Shown in pieces: positions 29,628-39,363 of a stretch of DNA of 64,000 nucleotides. Within the stretch, counting starts at the first letter, position 1. The number at the start of each line of letters is the position of its first letter. Below the pieces are notes generated by a model. The model was not told the origin of the DNA, did not search any database, and worked only from the letters and a program-made list of their open reading frames with translations. The DNA is from Spirochaetia bacterium. GTDB taxonomy: Bacteria > Spirochaetota > Spirochaetia > CAKZLE01. The DNA is taken from contig OY782041.1 in assembly GCA_963677595.1 (NCBI GenBank), positions 2,624,001-2,688,000 of the forward strand, in the 5' to 3' direction. The translations under genes and the position numbers were made by a program.

Positions 29628-30280
29628 GTAGCGATACCGCATCGAGCAGGATGATCTACCAGGTGGATGAGACACGTGACCGCATCCTCGATGCGGCACA
29701 GAGCCTGTTCATAGAGAGAGGCCTCTTCGACGTGACGATGAAGGACCTCGCAAGTGAGATCGGGATCAGCAGGGCCTCGCTCTACCGGTACTACCGGGAC
29801 AAGCTCGACCTTGCGCTCGATGTGATGTCGAAAATGCTCACCGGGCTGCCTGCCGGGGAGGCGGCAGCACATGCAAAGAAGACTGGGAAGACTGGACTCG
29901 ACAAGGCCTTCATCTTCCTCGAGCACTACTGGCTCAACCCCGGTTATATCGCGAACTATCGCTACCTGGCCGAGTTCGATACCTACTTCTCAGGGGCGAG
30001 AGCCCCACAAGCCTTCAGGCAAAGACTCGCTGGGGCCCTGGACCAGTGTTATCCCGGCATGCTGGAGGAATACCTGCAAGAGGGAATAGGAGACGGCTCT
30101 ATCAGGAGTGACATCGAGCTCGACATCACCGCGGAGATGCTCCAGAATGCCCTGCGGGCACTGCACCACCGGGTCCTGCTGCGGGGGGAGCTGCTCATCG
30201 AAGTGCATGAGGAGAATCTTCAGGCCCTGCCTAAGCTGCTGCTATCCCACCTGAAGGAGAGCCTTGCAGCACGTGCATGA
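29624..30280 (+). CDS. TetR/AcrR-family regulator
   Basis: TMKDLASEIGISRASLYRYY.DK; ATGA overlap with the GH3 gene. Confidence 0.92.
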   Translation: MSSDTASSRMIYQVDETRDRILDAAQSLFIERGLFDVTMKDLASEIGISRASLYRYYRDKLDLALDVMSKMLTGLPAGEAAAHAKKTGKTGLDKAFIFLEHYWLNPGYIANYRYLAEFDTYFSGARAPQAFRQRLAGALDQCYPGMLEEYLQEGIGDGSIRSDIELDITAEMLQNALRALHHRVLLRGELLIEVHEENLQALPKLLLSHLKESLAARA

Positions 30281-30358
30281 TCGAACCCGGGGTGATCCCC
30301 TTGGGGGGGCGCGGAGTAGAGCCCAATGTCTGCGGTATGCATGAATAACAGAATTGGA

Positions 30359-31264
30359 CTATTGAAGTGCCTGTTCGAGCAGGTGCAGCTGCTGGCTGAA
30401 CTTTTGTGGATTGGATCGTTGCATGATCCTCAGGTTCTGCTGTTTCCATTGTATTGCAGGCAGTCTGGGGAAATTGGGAATAGAATCAGTGAATGATGTT
30501 TCAGTCAATGCGAAGAAATCGAGGAGACCTTGTTTCTGCGTATCTGTGAAGGATTCCTTGATAGTCGCTATGAGCGTCTCCAAGGTATTCGAGGAATCCG
30601 ACAAGGAGAAGTCTGCATCTGTCATCCCCAGGAACTCCTGGTTGAATATCGTATCAAGAACCTTGAAGTTTGGCTGAAGCAGTTCCTGAGGGGGGCGATT
30701 ATGGCAGCAAAGGTAACAGATGAACCCTGTAAGGATCTCAGGTGTTATGCCTTCGTCTTGAAGTAATAGTGAGATATCGAACAAATCCCTTGGGTGCTGA
30801 CGATCAAGAGCAGCACATATCTTGCCTCCATAAAGGTCAGGTGTGGATGCTATAGTTGCAGAAATAAACCCTAATTCAGAGACTCTCCTGCTGACGGGCT
30901 TTCTTTCAGGTGCATATACGAAGCCTCTCAGGGTATAATTCGGTTCCACCTTGATGGCTGCATGTGAATCCGAGCATATGATCTTCCACAGGTTGCCTTT
31001 CCCTTTTTGCACAACCACTTTGATGGATCTGTTGCGTAGGTCTGAGGCGATTGAAGCCAAAGCTGAATTCAAGTTCAGCATGGCCGTATCCCGGGGTTCG
31101 AAGCCAATGTACGTGAGATCGATATCAACTGAGAGGCGGGGCATATCCCGTAGGAACAGGTTTATTGCCGACCCCCCTTTCAAGGCGAAACAGTGCTGCC
31201 GTTCGATCACCGGTAAGACCTTCAGGATCAGTCTAACCTGGGCAAGGTATAGATCATTGAACAA
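30359..31264 (-). CDS. AbiEii-family nucleotidyltransferase toxin (type IV TA)
   Basis: FALKGGSAINLF..PRLSVDIDL, GGKICAALDRQHPRDLFD. Confidence 0.92.
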   Translation of the reverse strand: MFNDLYLAQVRLILKVLPVIERQHCFALKGGSAINLFLRDMPRLSVDIDLTYIGFEPRDTAMLNLNSALASIASDLRNRSIKVVVQKGKGNLWKIICSDSHAAIKVEPNYTLRGFVYAPERKPVSRRVSELGFISATIASTPDLYGGKICAALDRQHPRDLFDISLLLQDEGITPEILTGFICYLCCHNRPPQELLQPNFKVLDTIFNQEFLGMTDADFSLSDSSNTLETLIATIKESFTDTQKQGLLDFFALTETSFTDSIPNFPRLPAIQWKQQNLRIMQRSNPQKFSQQLHLLEQALQ

Positions 31265-32024
31265 TTCCGTATGCTCCTAAACTGATTTGGTATTTTGGGT
31301 TGTATATCCCTCCTGGTTCAATGACTCTCTTCCCTCGTCCAAGGTAGAGGTCTTCCTGGTTGATCTTTTCAAGCCAGTCATGGCCAATAAGGTCACTGAA
31401 AAAGAGGAATAGACGTTTAGTCTTCACCGAATCCGTATGCTTCAGCAGTTTCTGGAGAAGATCAGGTTGCAGACTAACCAACATCTCAAGTAGATTGAAA
31501 GCAATATCCAGACTTCCCTTGGCTGGGCAGAGACTGAAGTATTCTATGATTGCCCGTTCCGGGGTCGATATCCTGAAAGAGTAATCCAGATAGTGAAAAT
31601 CCACCAGGCCGTCATCTGTTGTGATAACTGAATGATAGGCAGTAAATGCCGAGCCGAGTATATCAGGGGTAAACCAGGATGCCAGCTTGACAGGCTGTTC
31701 AAGAAACAGTTGTTCTGCTCTTGATTGTGGGTCCATGGTGACGTAATGCTGGTATCCATGCAGTCGTAAGGCTGACTCCCCACCGATATGTATATCTGAA
31801 TTGTTCATGGTCTGGAGAGAGAATAGTGCCCCCTGCAGACTTGGTTTACCGTCAAAGGGAACATAGACACCCTTGCCGATCCTCCGTAGCCATCCGCTCT
31901 TCACATAGTACTGCTGTAAGTCGATAGATATCCCAAGGTCTCTCATATAGGAGGAGAACAGTACCGTTCCTGAATGAGTTGAATGTAAAAGGAAGATTAG
32001 ATTGTTAGATTTATTTGGAGTCAT
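31254..32024 (-). CDS. AbiEi-family antitoxin (type IV TA)
   Basis: Y.KSGWLRRIGKGVY, HIGGESAL.LHGY.HY, STPERAIIE, SVKTKRLF, LGRGKR; overlaps the toxin start. Confidence 0.9.
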   Translation of the reverse strand: MTPNKSNNLIFLLHSTHSGTVLFSSYMRDLGISIDLQQYYVKSGWLRRIGKGVYVPFDGKPSLQGALFSLQTMNNSDIHIGGESALRLHGYQHYVTMDPQSRAEQLFLEQPVKLASWFTPDILGSAFTAYHSVITTDDGLVDFHYLDYSFRISTPERAIIEYFSLCPAKGSLDIAFNLLEMLVSLQPDLLQKLLKHTDSVKTKRLFLFFSDLIGHDWLEKINQEDLYLGRGKRVIEPGGIYNPKYQISLGAYGIVQ

Positions 32025-32104
32025 ACTACAAATATAATACAAAAAATAAACTCATCGTGCAACGTATTCGTATGCTTTTTTCAGGAGGATTGAATGTATC
32101 CCTT

Positions 32105-32143
32105 TAAGGTTTGGAAAGAACGATAAACAGGTAGACAGACTAC
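32105..32143 (+). repeat. Direct repeat copy 1 (pairs with 33052-33090)
   Basis: TAAGGTTTGGAAAGAACGATAAACAGGTAG-ACAGACTAC. Confidence 0.85.
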
Positions 32144-32144
32144 C

Positions 32145-32978
32145 TCATATACGCTCCTCCCATGAACGGTCCAGGATCTCGATCGGTACCATGAGATTCC
32201 ATCGTTTGATGAACCTGCTCTTTTCCCTGGTCTTTCGATCCAGGTAATGGGGAGCTTTGGGTCTATGACGCTCGAATAGAGCCAGGGTTGCCTCATCAAC
32301 CATGAACTGTTCGGAATGCTGTTCCAGGAAGAAGCCCGTTTTCGCATAGGTGGTCGCATTCCCCAGTTGAGAAACGTATGACCATACCAGTTCAAGATTG
32401 AAGAACTCAATCGATTCAAGGGACCTCCATATCTCCTCCCAGGTCCCGGTCAAATCCGGTCTGTGAAGAGCATCCACGCAAGTCCGCTCGTATCCTGTGA
32501 CCCTGATTTCCATCCCATGGTAGTCTATACTATCTATACCTAAAGATCGGTCAAATTGACTCAAAATCTGCGCAGGAAAGGATGTTCTTACAAAAGAGCA
32601 GCCTTGGAACTGGAAAGGAGCAGCCTGTGCAGCAGACTCATAGGTGATACGTGAGTAGACACTGTATGCTTTGCCAAGGACTTCAAGGGCAGAGTGGTGT
32701 GAGATTACTGCATCTGGAGTGATCCTGGCGGCGATATGAATCGGGTCCACTCTGAAGGTGTCTGCACAACTCTCCTCAGGGACTGCTGCATACAGGTTAC
32801 GACGGATGGAGATGATCTTCCCTCCTTTCGTATAATACTGCAGGAGGGCTTTCCTTGTATGGGGATTACGTGAATGATGAGAATCAAGGAAGGTATGGAA
32901 CTCAGGTAAGGAGAAGACGGGGTGGTTCCGGAAGAAGTGCGTACAGGTGTTTCTCTGTTTTTGACTATTTTCTATCAT
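32145..32978 (-). CDS. Orphan AbiEi-like antitoxin / transcriptional regulator
   Basis: HPVFSLPEF, IRRNLY, ISHHSALE, RVTGYERTCVD.LHRPDL.G.WEEIWRSL, WNLMVP. Confidence 0.82.
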   Translation of the reverse strand: MIENSQKQRNTCTHFFRNHPVFSLPEFHTFLDSHHSRNPHTRKALLQYYTKGGKIISIRRNLYAAVPEESCADTFRVDPIHIAARITPDAVISHHSALEVLGKAYSVYSRITYESAAQAAPFQFQGCSFVRTSFPAQILSQFDRSLGIDSIDYHGMEIRVTGYERTCVDALHRPDLTGTWEEIWRSLESIEFFNLELVWSYVSQLGNATTYAKTGFFLEQHSEQFMVDEATLALFERHRPKAPHYLDRKTREKSRFIKRWNLMVPIEILDRSWEERI

Positions 32979-33000
32979 AGTATTAATAATATTAATACTA
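32978..33000. promoter_or_regulatory. Palindromic operator abutting the start codon
   Basis: TAGTATTAAT-AAT-ATTAATACTA. Confidence 0.6.
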
Positions 33001-33051
33001 ACACAATCATATGTCAAATACCATCACTGGGGAACTCCAAACAATCCCACG

Positions 33052-33090
33052 TAAGGTTTGGAAAGAACGATAACCAGGTAGCCGTACTAC
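33052..33090 (+). repeat. Direct repeat copy 2
   Basis: TAAGGTTTGGAAAGAACGATAACCAGGTAG-CCGTACTAC; the first 30 bp differ from copy 1 at one position. Confidence 0.85.
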
Positions 33091-33644
33091 AAGTAAAGGC
33101 CAAAATATAAACTCATGGTAACGACTATGCTGTCGAGAGATACTCAGCAGCCATACGTGAGCGGGCAGAAGCTCTCGAAGTTCTTTGTATCTGTAAAGAA
33201 TACGTTTAGACCAAAAACGTGTTTGTGATAGATACGTTTTGCTGTTGTAGAATGTTCATGGAACGAACGGGTTCAATCCTGAAAAGTAGTCTTTGCTGAC
33301 ATCCAGCACTGTTGTGTATGTCTCACTGAATCCATATTCAAACAGTCCGGTCCCGGGTCCGTACGTCAATGCTCTGCTACGGGGAAAAGTAGTTATTCAC
33401 AACACAACAGTATGAGAGTATCACCCATAGCCCTTTTTTGATCTTTGCCTGCCACCAATCTTTTGCTGCAGCCGATGGTATAGTACTATTTCTATAAGGT
33501 ATTGATAGTATGCATCGCTGCCAAGGGAAGAAGAAGTGAGTTTTGACCTTATCACGATATACCTGCTCTCGGTCCTGGCACTGCTCGCCTGGAACGAGCT
33601 CTACTGCCGCATCCTGGTATGCAACATTCACAGGGAGCAGCAGA

Positions 33645-34343
33645 TCAGGCGAAGGGGGTCTTGGACTCCCGCCTCACCTGGATCTCGTCGATCGCGGCGT
33701 TGCCCCTCTGCCTGATGAGGAAGAGCACGATATCGGCGATCTCCTCCGGGGCGATGAGCTCATCCGTGTCGATGTCAGGCCGCATGCGGGTGACCATGTC
33801 AGTCGCGACCCCTCCCGGTGAGATCACATGGACCCTGATGCCGTCAGGCTGCAGCTCCTTCGCCAGTGACTTGCTGAAACCGAGCAGGGCATGCTTGGAG
33901 GCCGTATAGGCAGCCTGGCGCTCATAGCCCTTGGTCGCCACCACCGATGCGATGTTGATGATGAATCCCCGGTCCGGCTGCCGCAGGTAGGGTATCGCCT
34001 CCCTGCAGAGCAGGAAGGGCACCTTCGCGTTGAGGTGCATGACCCGGTCCCACTCCTTTGCGGTAGTCTCTTCCAGCGGCTTGGAGAGTGACCTGCCGGC
34101 ATTGTTGATGAGGATGTCGATCCCGCCCATGGCTTCGGCAGCCTCCCTGATCAGGATCTCCGGGTCGGCTGTCAGCAGGTCTTCTTGCCAGGGCAGGAGG
34201 TTCCCCGGGAACCCCTCGCCGGCCAGCACGGAGAGACCTGACAGGTCCCGCCCGACGGCGAAGACCGTATGTCCTTCCTGCAGCAGTGCCCTGGTGATGG
34301 CAAGCCCAATCCCTTTTGTCGCCCCGGTAACGAATGCTCTCAT
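33645..34343 (-). CDS. Short-chain dehydrogenase/reductase
   Basis: TGATKGIG, NNAG, YTASK, ISPGGVAT. Confidence 0.92.
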   Translation of the reverse strand: MRAFVTGATKGIGLAITRALLQEGHTVFAVGRDLSGLSVLAGEGFPGNLLPWQEDLLTADPEILIREAAEAMGGIDILINNAGRSLSKPLEETTAKEWDRVMHLNAKVPFLLCREAIPYLRQPDRGFIINIASVVATKGYERQAAYTASKHALLGFSKSLAKELQPDGIRVHVISPGGVATDMVTRMRPDIDTDELIAPEEIADIVLFLIRQRGNAAIDEIQVRRESKTPFA

Positions 34344-34469
34344 CTTCTTCTCCCCCTGTTCCTCTCAGTCTACCGTATTTCTCCTTCGCCTGGTAGTTCG
34401 TATATGAATTATTACCCAAACTGCCTGCATGATATAGCGAAGTGTCCGAAAACATGATACAAATTCCTT

Positions 34470-37262
34470 ATGTATACAGAACTGAACATCTCCTATATCA
34501 GGAACGAACTCGCACGGACACCGATCATCTACTCCCGGGGGGAGACCCTCTACCATCTCGGGGGTTATGCCCTGGTCGATTTCGACCCATCTACGCTGCG
34601 CTACCAGTACAGTTTCAACGGCACCTACGGTGAGTATGAGGTGGTCCTGCAGGCAGTCGAGATCAATGGGGAGGCGCACCTTGCATCCTCCTGCAGCTGT
34701 CCGTACCCCCACGGGGGCTGCAAGCATATCGTGGCAGCCCACCTGGATCTCTCCAGGCGGCTGCAGAACGCTGACTTCCCTGAGTACCAGGGAGTCGAGG
34801 AGCTCCTGGACCCGGAAGCAGAGACCGAACTGGGCAGTATCGGGGTGCTGACCCCGGAGGAGATCCGGGAGACGGCAGAAGCCTCCCGGTATGACCGAGC
34901 CGTACAGGAGACGCTCACGCTCATCCCGGGGGACCTCTTCAAGGGACAGCATACCGTCAGGAATGAGCAGTACCAGGAGTATACGGTGACCATCTATGAT
35001 GCGGACGAGGTCCATGGTCACTGCACCTGCCCCGATTTCGCCTCGAACAACCTGGGGCTGTGCAAGCACCTGGCCTTTGCCCATGCGGAGCTGAAGAAGA
35101 AGCGGGGGACGATCGGGAAGACCCGCAGGGATCCCTTCCCCTTCATCCACCTCACGTGGAACTCTCGTATCAGGAAGCCTGTATGCTTCTATGAGGTCAT
35201 CGAGGATGATGGGATCCGATCGCAGGTCGAAGGACTCTTCACCGCTCCCCTGAAGACCGGGGCAGACAGCGAGTATGAACAGAGACTCTGTATCTATACC
35301 AGGGAGAGTATCATGCCCCTGTACGAGCTCTTCACGAAGGCTTCCCTCAGCCCTGACGGGAGCCCGCTGGTCTTCGATGACCGCCTCATAGGTCAGATGA
35401 GCAGGATCTTCTCCCTTCAGGAACTCGAGCGTATAGCGCGAGACTACAGCTTCGACTACTCCTTCCTCAAGACCACACTCTATCCCTACCAGAAGGAGGG
35501 GGTCGAGTTCGCGGCTTTCCGGGACTCCTCCCTGATCGCCGATGAGATGGGGCTCGGGAAGACCCTGCAGGCGATCACGACGGCCGTCATCAAAAAGCAG
35601 GCCCTGGGGTTCACCAAGGTCCTGATCGTCTCCCCCGCATCCCTGAAGAGCCAGTGGGAGCACGAGATCGGGAGATTCACCGATGAGCAGGCCCTCGTCA
35701 TCTCGGGTCCAAGGGAGGAGCGCAAGCGGAAGTACCTTGAGGAACCTGCCTTCTTCAAGATCACCAACTACGAGGCAGTCCTGCGGGATATCTCGACCAT
35801 CGAGGAGTGGGACCCCGATTTCGTGATCCTCGATGAGGCCCAGCGCATCAAGAACTTCGAGACGAAGACCCACCGTGCCATCAACCGCATCCCAAGGAAG
35901 CACTCCCTCGTGATCACGGGTACCCCGCTGGAGAATCGGCTCGAGGACCTCTACAGCATCATGGAGTTCAGCAGCCCTGAGCTGCTGACACCTCTATGGG
36001 CATTCGCGGCGACCCATTACCGGATCAGCAGGACGAAGAAGAACAAAATCGTGGGGTACCGCAACCTCGATATCATCCACGATAAGCTCAAGCCCATCCT
36101 GATCAGGCGCACCAAGCGGGAAGTATTCGAATCGCTTCCCGAGATCACGGAGAACAACTTCTACCTGCCCCTCCACCCCAAGCAGGAGGAGATACACCAG
36201 GGGTGTATGTCGAGCCTGCGCAGGCTCGTGATGAAGAAGTTCCTCACCCCGATGGATGTGAGGATCCTGCAGAAGACCCTCCTGCGGGCCCGGATGGTCT
36301 GTGATTCCACCTTCCTCGTCGACAAGAAGACGAACTTCTCCCCGAAGCTCGCAGAACTTTCGAGCATCCTCTCAGAAGAGGTGGTCGGCAACGGCCGGAA
36401 GGCCGTCATCTTCACGGAATGGACGACGATGACCCACCTTGTCGGCAGGGTCCTGGAGGCGCAGGGGATCCGGTTCGTCGAGTTCAGCGGCAAGGTCCCC
36501 GTCGAGAAGCGGCAGAGGCTCATCGACGAGTTCATGGAGGATCCGGAGTGCCTGGTATTCCTCTCCACCGATGCGGGCGGGGTAGGGCTGAACCTGCAGA
36601 ACTGTGACCTCCTCATCAATGTCGAACTGCCCTGGAACCCTGCCAAGCTCAACCAGAGGATCGGCCGGATCCACCGGATCGGACAGACGAGCGAGAAGAT
36701 CAACGTCATCAACCTCTTGAGCCGCAACTCGATCGAGGAGCGGATCCTCGCATCCCTCTCGATGAAGCAGGACCTCTTCAACGCCGTCATCGACGGCACG
36801 GCTGATGCGGTAGACTTCAGCCGTGAGGAGCAGAACCGGTTCCTCGAGCAGGTACGTGCGATGTTCACTGATGATACTGAGATCGGTGTCCCGGAGGACC
36901 CGGAGGAGTTCCCGGAGGAGGAACTCTCCCCCGCCGAGACCATCGAGCAGGAGACGGAGGAGCTCCAGGTGGACCTGGAGGCTGAGGAATCGATCCCCCT
37001 GCAGGAGGAACCTGCAGCAGCCGCAGCCTCCGAAGGGGCAGCTTCCCATACAGAGAGCATCGGCTCCCCGGAGCCTGCTGCAGCTGAAGCACCCTCCATC
37101 GGCTACGATCAGCTGGAAGCGGTCCTGAACCAGGGACTCTCTTTCCTCAACACCCTGACTGCTGCGGCGACCGGTAAGGAGCTGTTCAGTGCCGATGATG
37201 ACAGAAAGCATGTTGAGATAGACCGGGAACACGGAGAGGTCGTGCTCCGATTCAAACTCTGA
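34470..37262 (+). CDS. SNF2-family helicase with two SWIM zinc fingers
   Basis: CSCP...CKH and CTCPDF...CKH; LYPYQ, ADEMGLGKT, DEAQRIKN, TGTPLENRL, STDAGGVGLNLQ, WNP...QRIGRIHRIGQ; acidic linker before a short C-terminal domain. Confidence 0.95.
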   Translation: MYTELNISYIRNELARTPIIYSRGETLYHLGGYALVDFDPSTLRYQYSFNGTYGEYEVVLQAVEINGEAHLASSCSCPYPHGGCKHIVAAHLDLSRRLQNADFPEYQGVEELLDPEAETELGSIGVLTPEEIRETAEASRYDRAVQETLTLIPGDLFKGQHTVRNEQYQEYTVTIYDADEVHGHCTCPDFASNNLGLCKHLAFAHAELKKKRGTIGKTRRDPFPFIHLTWNSRIRKPVCFYEVIEDDGIRSQVEGLFTAPLKTGADSEYEQRLCIYTRESIMPLYELFTKASLSPDGSPLVFDDRLIGQMSRIFSLQELERIARDYSFDYSFLKTTLYPYQKEGVEFAAFRDSSLIADEMGLGKTLQAITTAVIKKQALGFTKVLIVSPASLKSQWEHEIGRFTDEQALVISGPREERKRKYLEEPAFFKITNYEAVLRDISTIEEWDPDFVILDEAQRIKNFETKTHRAINRIPRKHSLVITGTPLENRLEDLYSIMEFSSPELLTPLWAFAATHYRISRTKKNKIVGYRNLDIIHDKLKPILIRRTKREVFESLPEITENNFYLPLHPKQEEIHQGCMSSLRRLVMKKFLTPMDVRILQKTLLRARMVCDSTFLVDKKTNFSPKLAELSSILSEEVVGNGRKAVIFTEWTTMTHLVGRVLEAQGIRFVEFSGKVPVEKRQRLIDEFMEDPECLVFLSTDAGGVGLNLQNCDLLINVELPWNPAKLNQRIGRIHRIGQTSEKINVINLLSRNSIEERILASLSMKQDLFNAVIDGTADAVDFSREEQNRFLEQVRAMFTDDTEIGVPEDPEEFPEEELSPAETIEQETEELQVDLEAEESIPLQEEPAAAAASEGAASHTESIGSPEPAAAEAPSIGYDQLEAVLNQGLSFLNTLTAAATGKELFSADDDRKHVEIDREHGEVVLRFKL

Positions 37263-37277
37263 AGATAAGGCGAGGAA

Positions 37278-38177
37278 GTGCATACGATGGATTACGTGAA
37301 CGAACAGGAACTGCTGGAAGATGATTATTTCAGGTTGACGTTCAAGGATGGGGAGTTCGAAGGGAGGACCTTCCTCGGGGCTGTATTCGTGAGCTGTTGG
37401 GATGTGACCTGCACCTGCGGGACCATCGGTATCAAGTATCATGAGGATGTCAGCCCGGATGCTGACGGCAGCATGGTGAGCGTGCAGCCTCTGTACCAGA
37501 TCGTGATCGATGCCAAAGAGAGGGAACTTGTCCTGCCGGCGCCCGAAGAACGTGAGAACGATCCTGAGCTCTTTCGGTTCGCGGAGGCTTGCCTCGCTGA
37601 TTTCACAGACCAGGATTGGAGCCTGTTCGCGTTCTATGAGAACCTGTTCAAGGTGTCTCTCATGGAATCTGCCACGGATCTCTCTACCTATGAGATCGAC
37701 TTCTCGGATCCCGATAGCATGGATGGGGAATTCATCAGCTATACAGAGATCTTCCCCTATGCTGAACGGATCTATGCGGATGTGGACGGAGAGAATTATT
37801 GGCTGGAGGATCGGTATCACCTCTACAACTCCCACCCCTACTGCTATATCGCGATGGTGGAAATGCCATTCCAGGAGGATAATGTTCCGATCCTGATGTT
37901 GTATAACTATAAGACTGGTGAATGGGGTGTTGCCAAAGAGGGGGATATAAAGCCTCCGACAGGGTTGGCCGCCGAGGCCATCTCCTACCTTGCTGCTGAG
38001 TATCCCGAATACCGCGATATGCTGAAGAAGCGGCACCGGACCCTGGAAAAGCTCTATGATGCCTACCAGAAGAGGACTGCCCGGACGGCAGCACCCCTTA
38101 AGCCAAAGACCCCAGGCCGCAACGATCCCTGCCCCTGCGGGAGCGGGAAGAAGTACAAACGATGCTGCGGCAGGTAA
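37278..38177 (+). CDS. SEC-C motif protein, paralog 1
   Basis: C-terminal PGRNDPCPCGSGKKYKRCCG; N-terminal CWDVTCTC. Confidence 0.85.
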   Translation: MHTMDYVNEQELLEDDYFRLTFKDGEFEGRTFLGAVFVSCWDVTCTCGTIGIKYHEDVSPDADGSMVSVQPLYQIVIDAKERELVLPAPEERENDPELFRFAEACLADFTDQDWSLFAFYENLFKVSLMESATDLSTYEIDFSDPDSMDGEFISYTEIFPYAERIYADVDGENYWLEDRYHLYNSHPYCYIAMVEMPFQEDNVPILMLYNYKTGEWGVAKEGDIKPPTGLAAEAISYLAAEYPEYRDMLKKRHRTLEKLYDAYQKRTARTAAPLKPKTPGRNDPCPCGSGKKYKRCCGR

Positions 38178-38315
38178 GGTGTTAATTTTCGACTATTCGC
38201 TGAATCGTGTGGGTAGGAGAATAAAAGGATAATAACACATTGAGGATTTCCCCAGCACTTGGTAAGCTTACTGTATAGATATACAGGAGGCTGAAGTATG
38301 GATAATTCTCAGTAT

Positions 38316-38424
38316 CCTGACTGCTGCAGCGACCGGCAAGGAACTGTTCAGTGCCGAAGATGACGGAAAGCATGTTGAGATAGACCGGGAACGCGGAGAG
38401 GTCGTGCTCCGGTTCAAATTGTAA
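38316..38424 (+). repeat. Orphan copy of the last 109 bp of the SNF2 gene (37154-37262)
   Basis: Ungapped, 10 mismatches in 109 bp by manual alignment; encodes LTAAATGKELFSAEDDGKHVEIDRERGEVVLRFKL*; no in-frame ATG nearby. Confidence 0.92.
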
Positions 38425-38451
38425 TGAACAGGAACGGAGGATAGAGCCCAG

Positions 38452-39363
38452 ATGGGGAGACCAGAACAACACGATATGCATGGGGAATTCCTGACGCAGA
38501 CCTTTGACCGGGGTGAATTCTCAGGTCGGGTCTTCAAGGCACGGGCATCCCTGGTCTGTGAGAGTCCAGTGTGCACCTGTGGAGAGCTAAAGCTCTCCTT
38601 CAGAGAGATCAGTGACAGTCCTTCAAGTGATCGGCACAATTTCGATATGGTCTTGAGTACGGTGAGCCGGAAGCTTGCACAGCCTCGGGGGCGTCAGAGA
38701 AAAGAGGACCCAGAGGGGTATCGGTTTGCCGTTGACTTCATCAATGACGTTGATGATACGCTTTGGATGCTGCTTGCTAGGCTCTACGATGCATTGATGA
38801 GGGAGCGTATGGGGGCGATCAAGGACCCCGGTTCGATTGAGATCGATTTCTTTATGCATAATGTCGCTGAGGGAGACCTGGTCGGCTATACGGAGGTGCT
38901 TCCCTATGCGGACCCGTTTGTCATTTCAGTTGACGACGCAGTTTATCTGGTAGAGGATACCTACTGCATCTCTCCTGTCTGCCACTGTACTGACCCCCTT
39001 CTCAGTTTCTTCCTGATCGCAGACAGTGATCGCGCTGACGTCCCCGTTGCGGTAATGCAGTATGACTATAAGACACGAACTTGGTCGAACTATTCTGATT
39101 CATCTGCGCCGCTTCCAGGGATTGCCAGCATATTCAAGTCGGCCTTTGCCCTTCAGTACCCTGCCTTTCGGGATGAACTGAAGGAGCGGCACAGGATCAT
39201 GAGAAGGCTGTATGCGGCATACCTGGACAGGTATGCCGCGGGGATACAGCCAGGCTTCGAGTCTGTGCAGGACAGCAGGGCACCTCAGCCAAAGACCCCA
39301 GGCCGCAACGATCCCTGCCCCTGCGGGAGCGGGAAGAAGTACAAACGGTGCTGCGGCAGGTGA
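38452..39363 (+). CDS. SEC-C motif protein, paralog 2
   Basis: RBS GGAGG; CESPVCTC and YCISPVCHC motifs; SEC-C tail identical in protein sequence to paralog 1. Confidence 0.85.
   Translation: MGRPEQHDMHGEFLTQTFDRGEFSGRVFKARASLVCESPVCTCGELKLSFREISDSPSSDRHNFDMVLSTVSRKLAQPRGRQRKEDPEGYRFAVDFINDVDDTLWMLLARLYDALMRERMGAIKDPGSIEIDFFMHNVAEGDLVGYTEVLPYADPFVISVDDAVYLVEDTYCISPVCHCTDPLLSFFLIADSDRADVPVAVMQYDYKTRTWSNYSDSSAPLPGIASIFKSAFALQYPAFRDELKERHRIMRRLYAAYLDRYAAGIQPGFESVQDSRAPQPKTPGRNDPCPCGSGKKYKRCCGR

Noticed and set aside
30284-30345. GC-rich stretch resembling a CRISPR repeat or integron attC start
   Set aside because: Single copy, no complementary attC end identifiable, and no integrase in the window.
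33130-33640. AT-rich intergenic region with short ACGT(G)TTT repeats and small ORFs
   Set aside because: No convincing gene, RNA structure or family motif could be supported.
34365-38036. Long antisense ORFs (512, 312 and 554 aa) opposite the SNF2 and SEC-C genes
   Set aside because: They mirror well-supported plus-strand genes and show no domain signatures.
38101-38177. secA gene call from the SEC-C motif
   Set aside because: Only the ~20-aa zinc-binding tail is present; there are no SecA ATPase domains.
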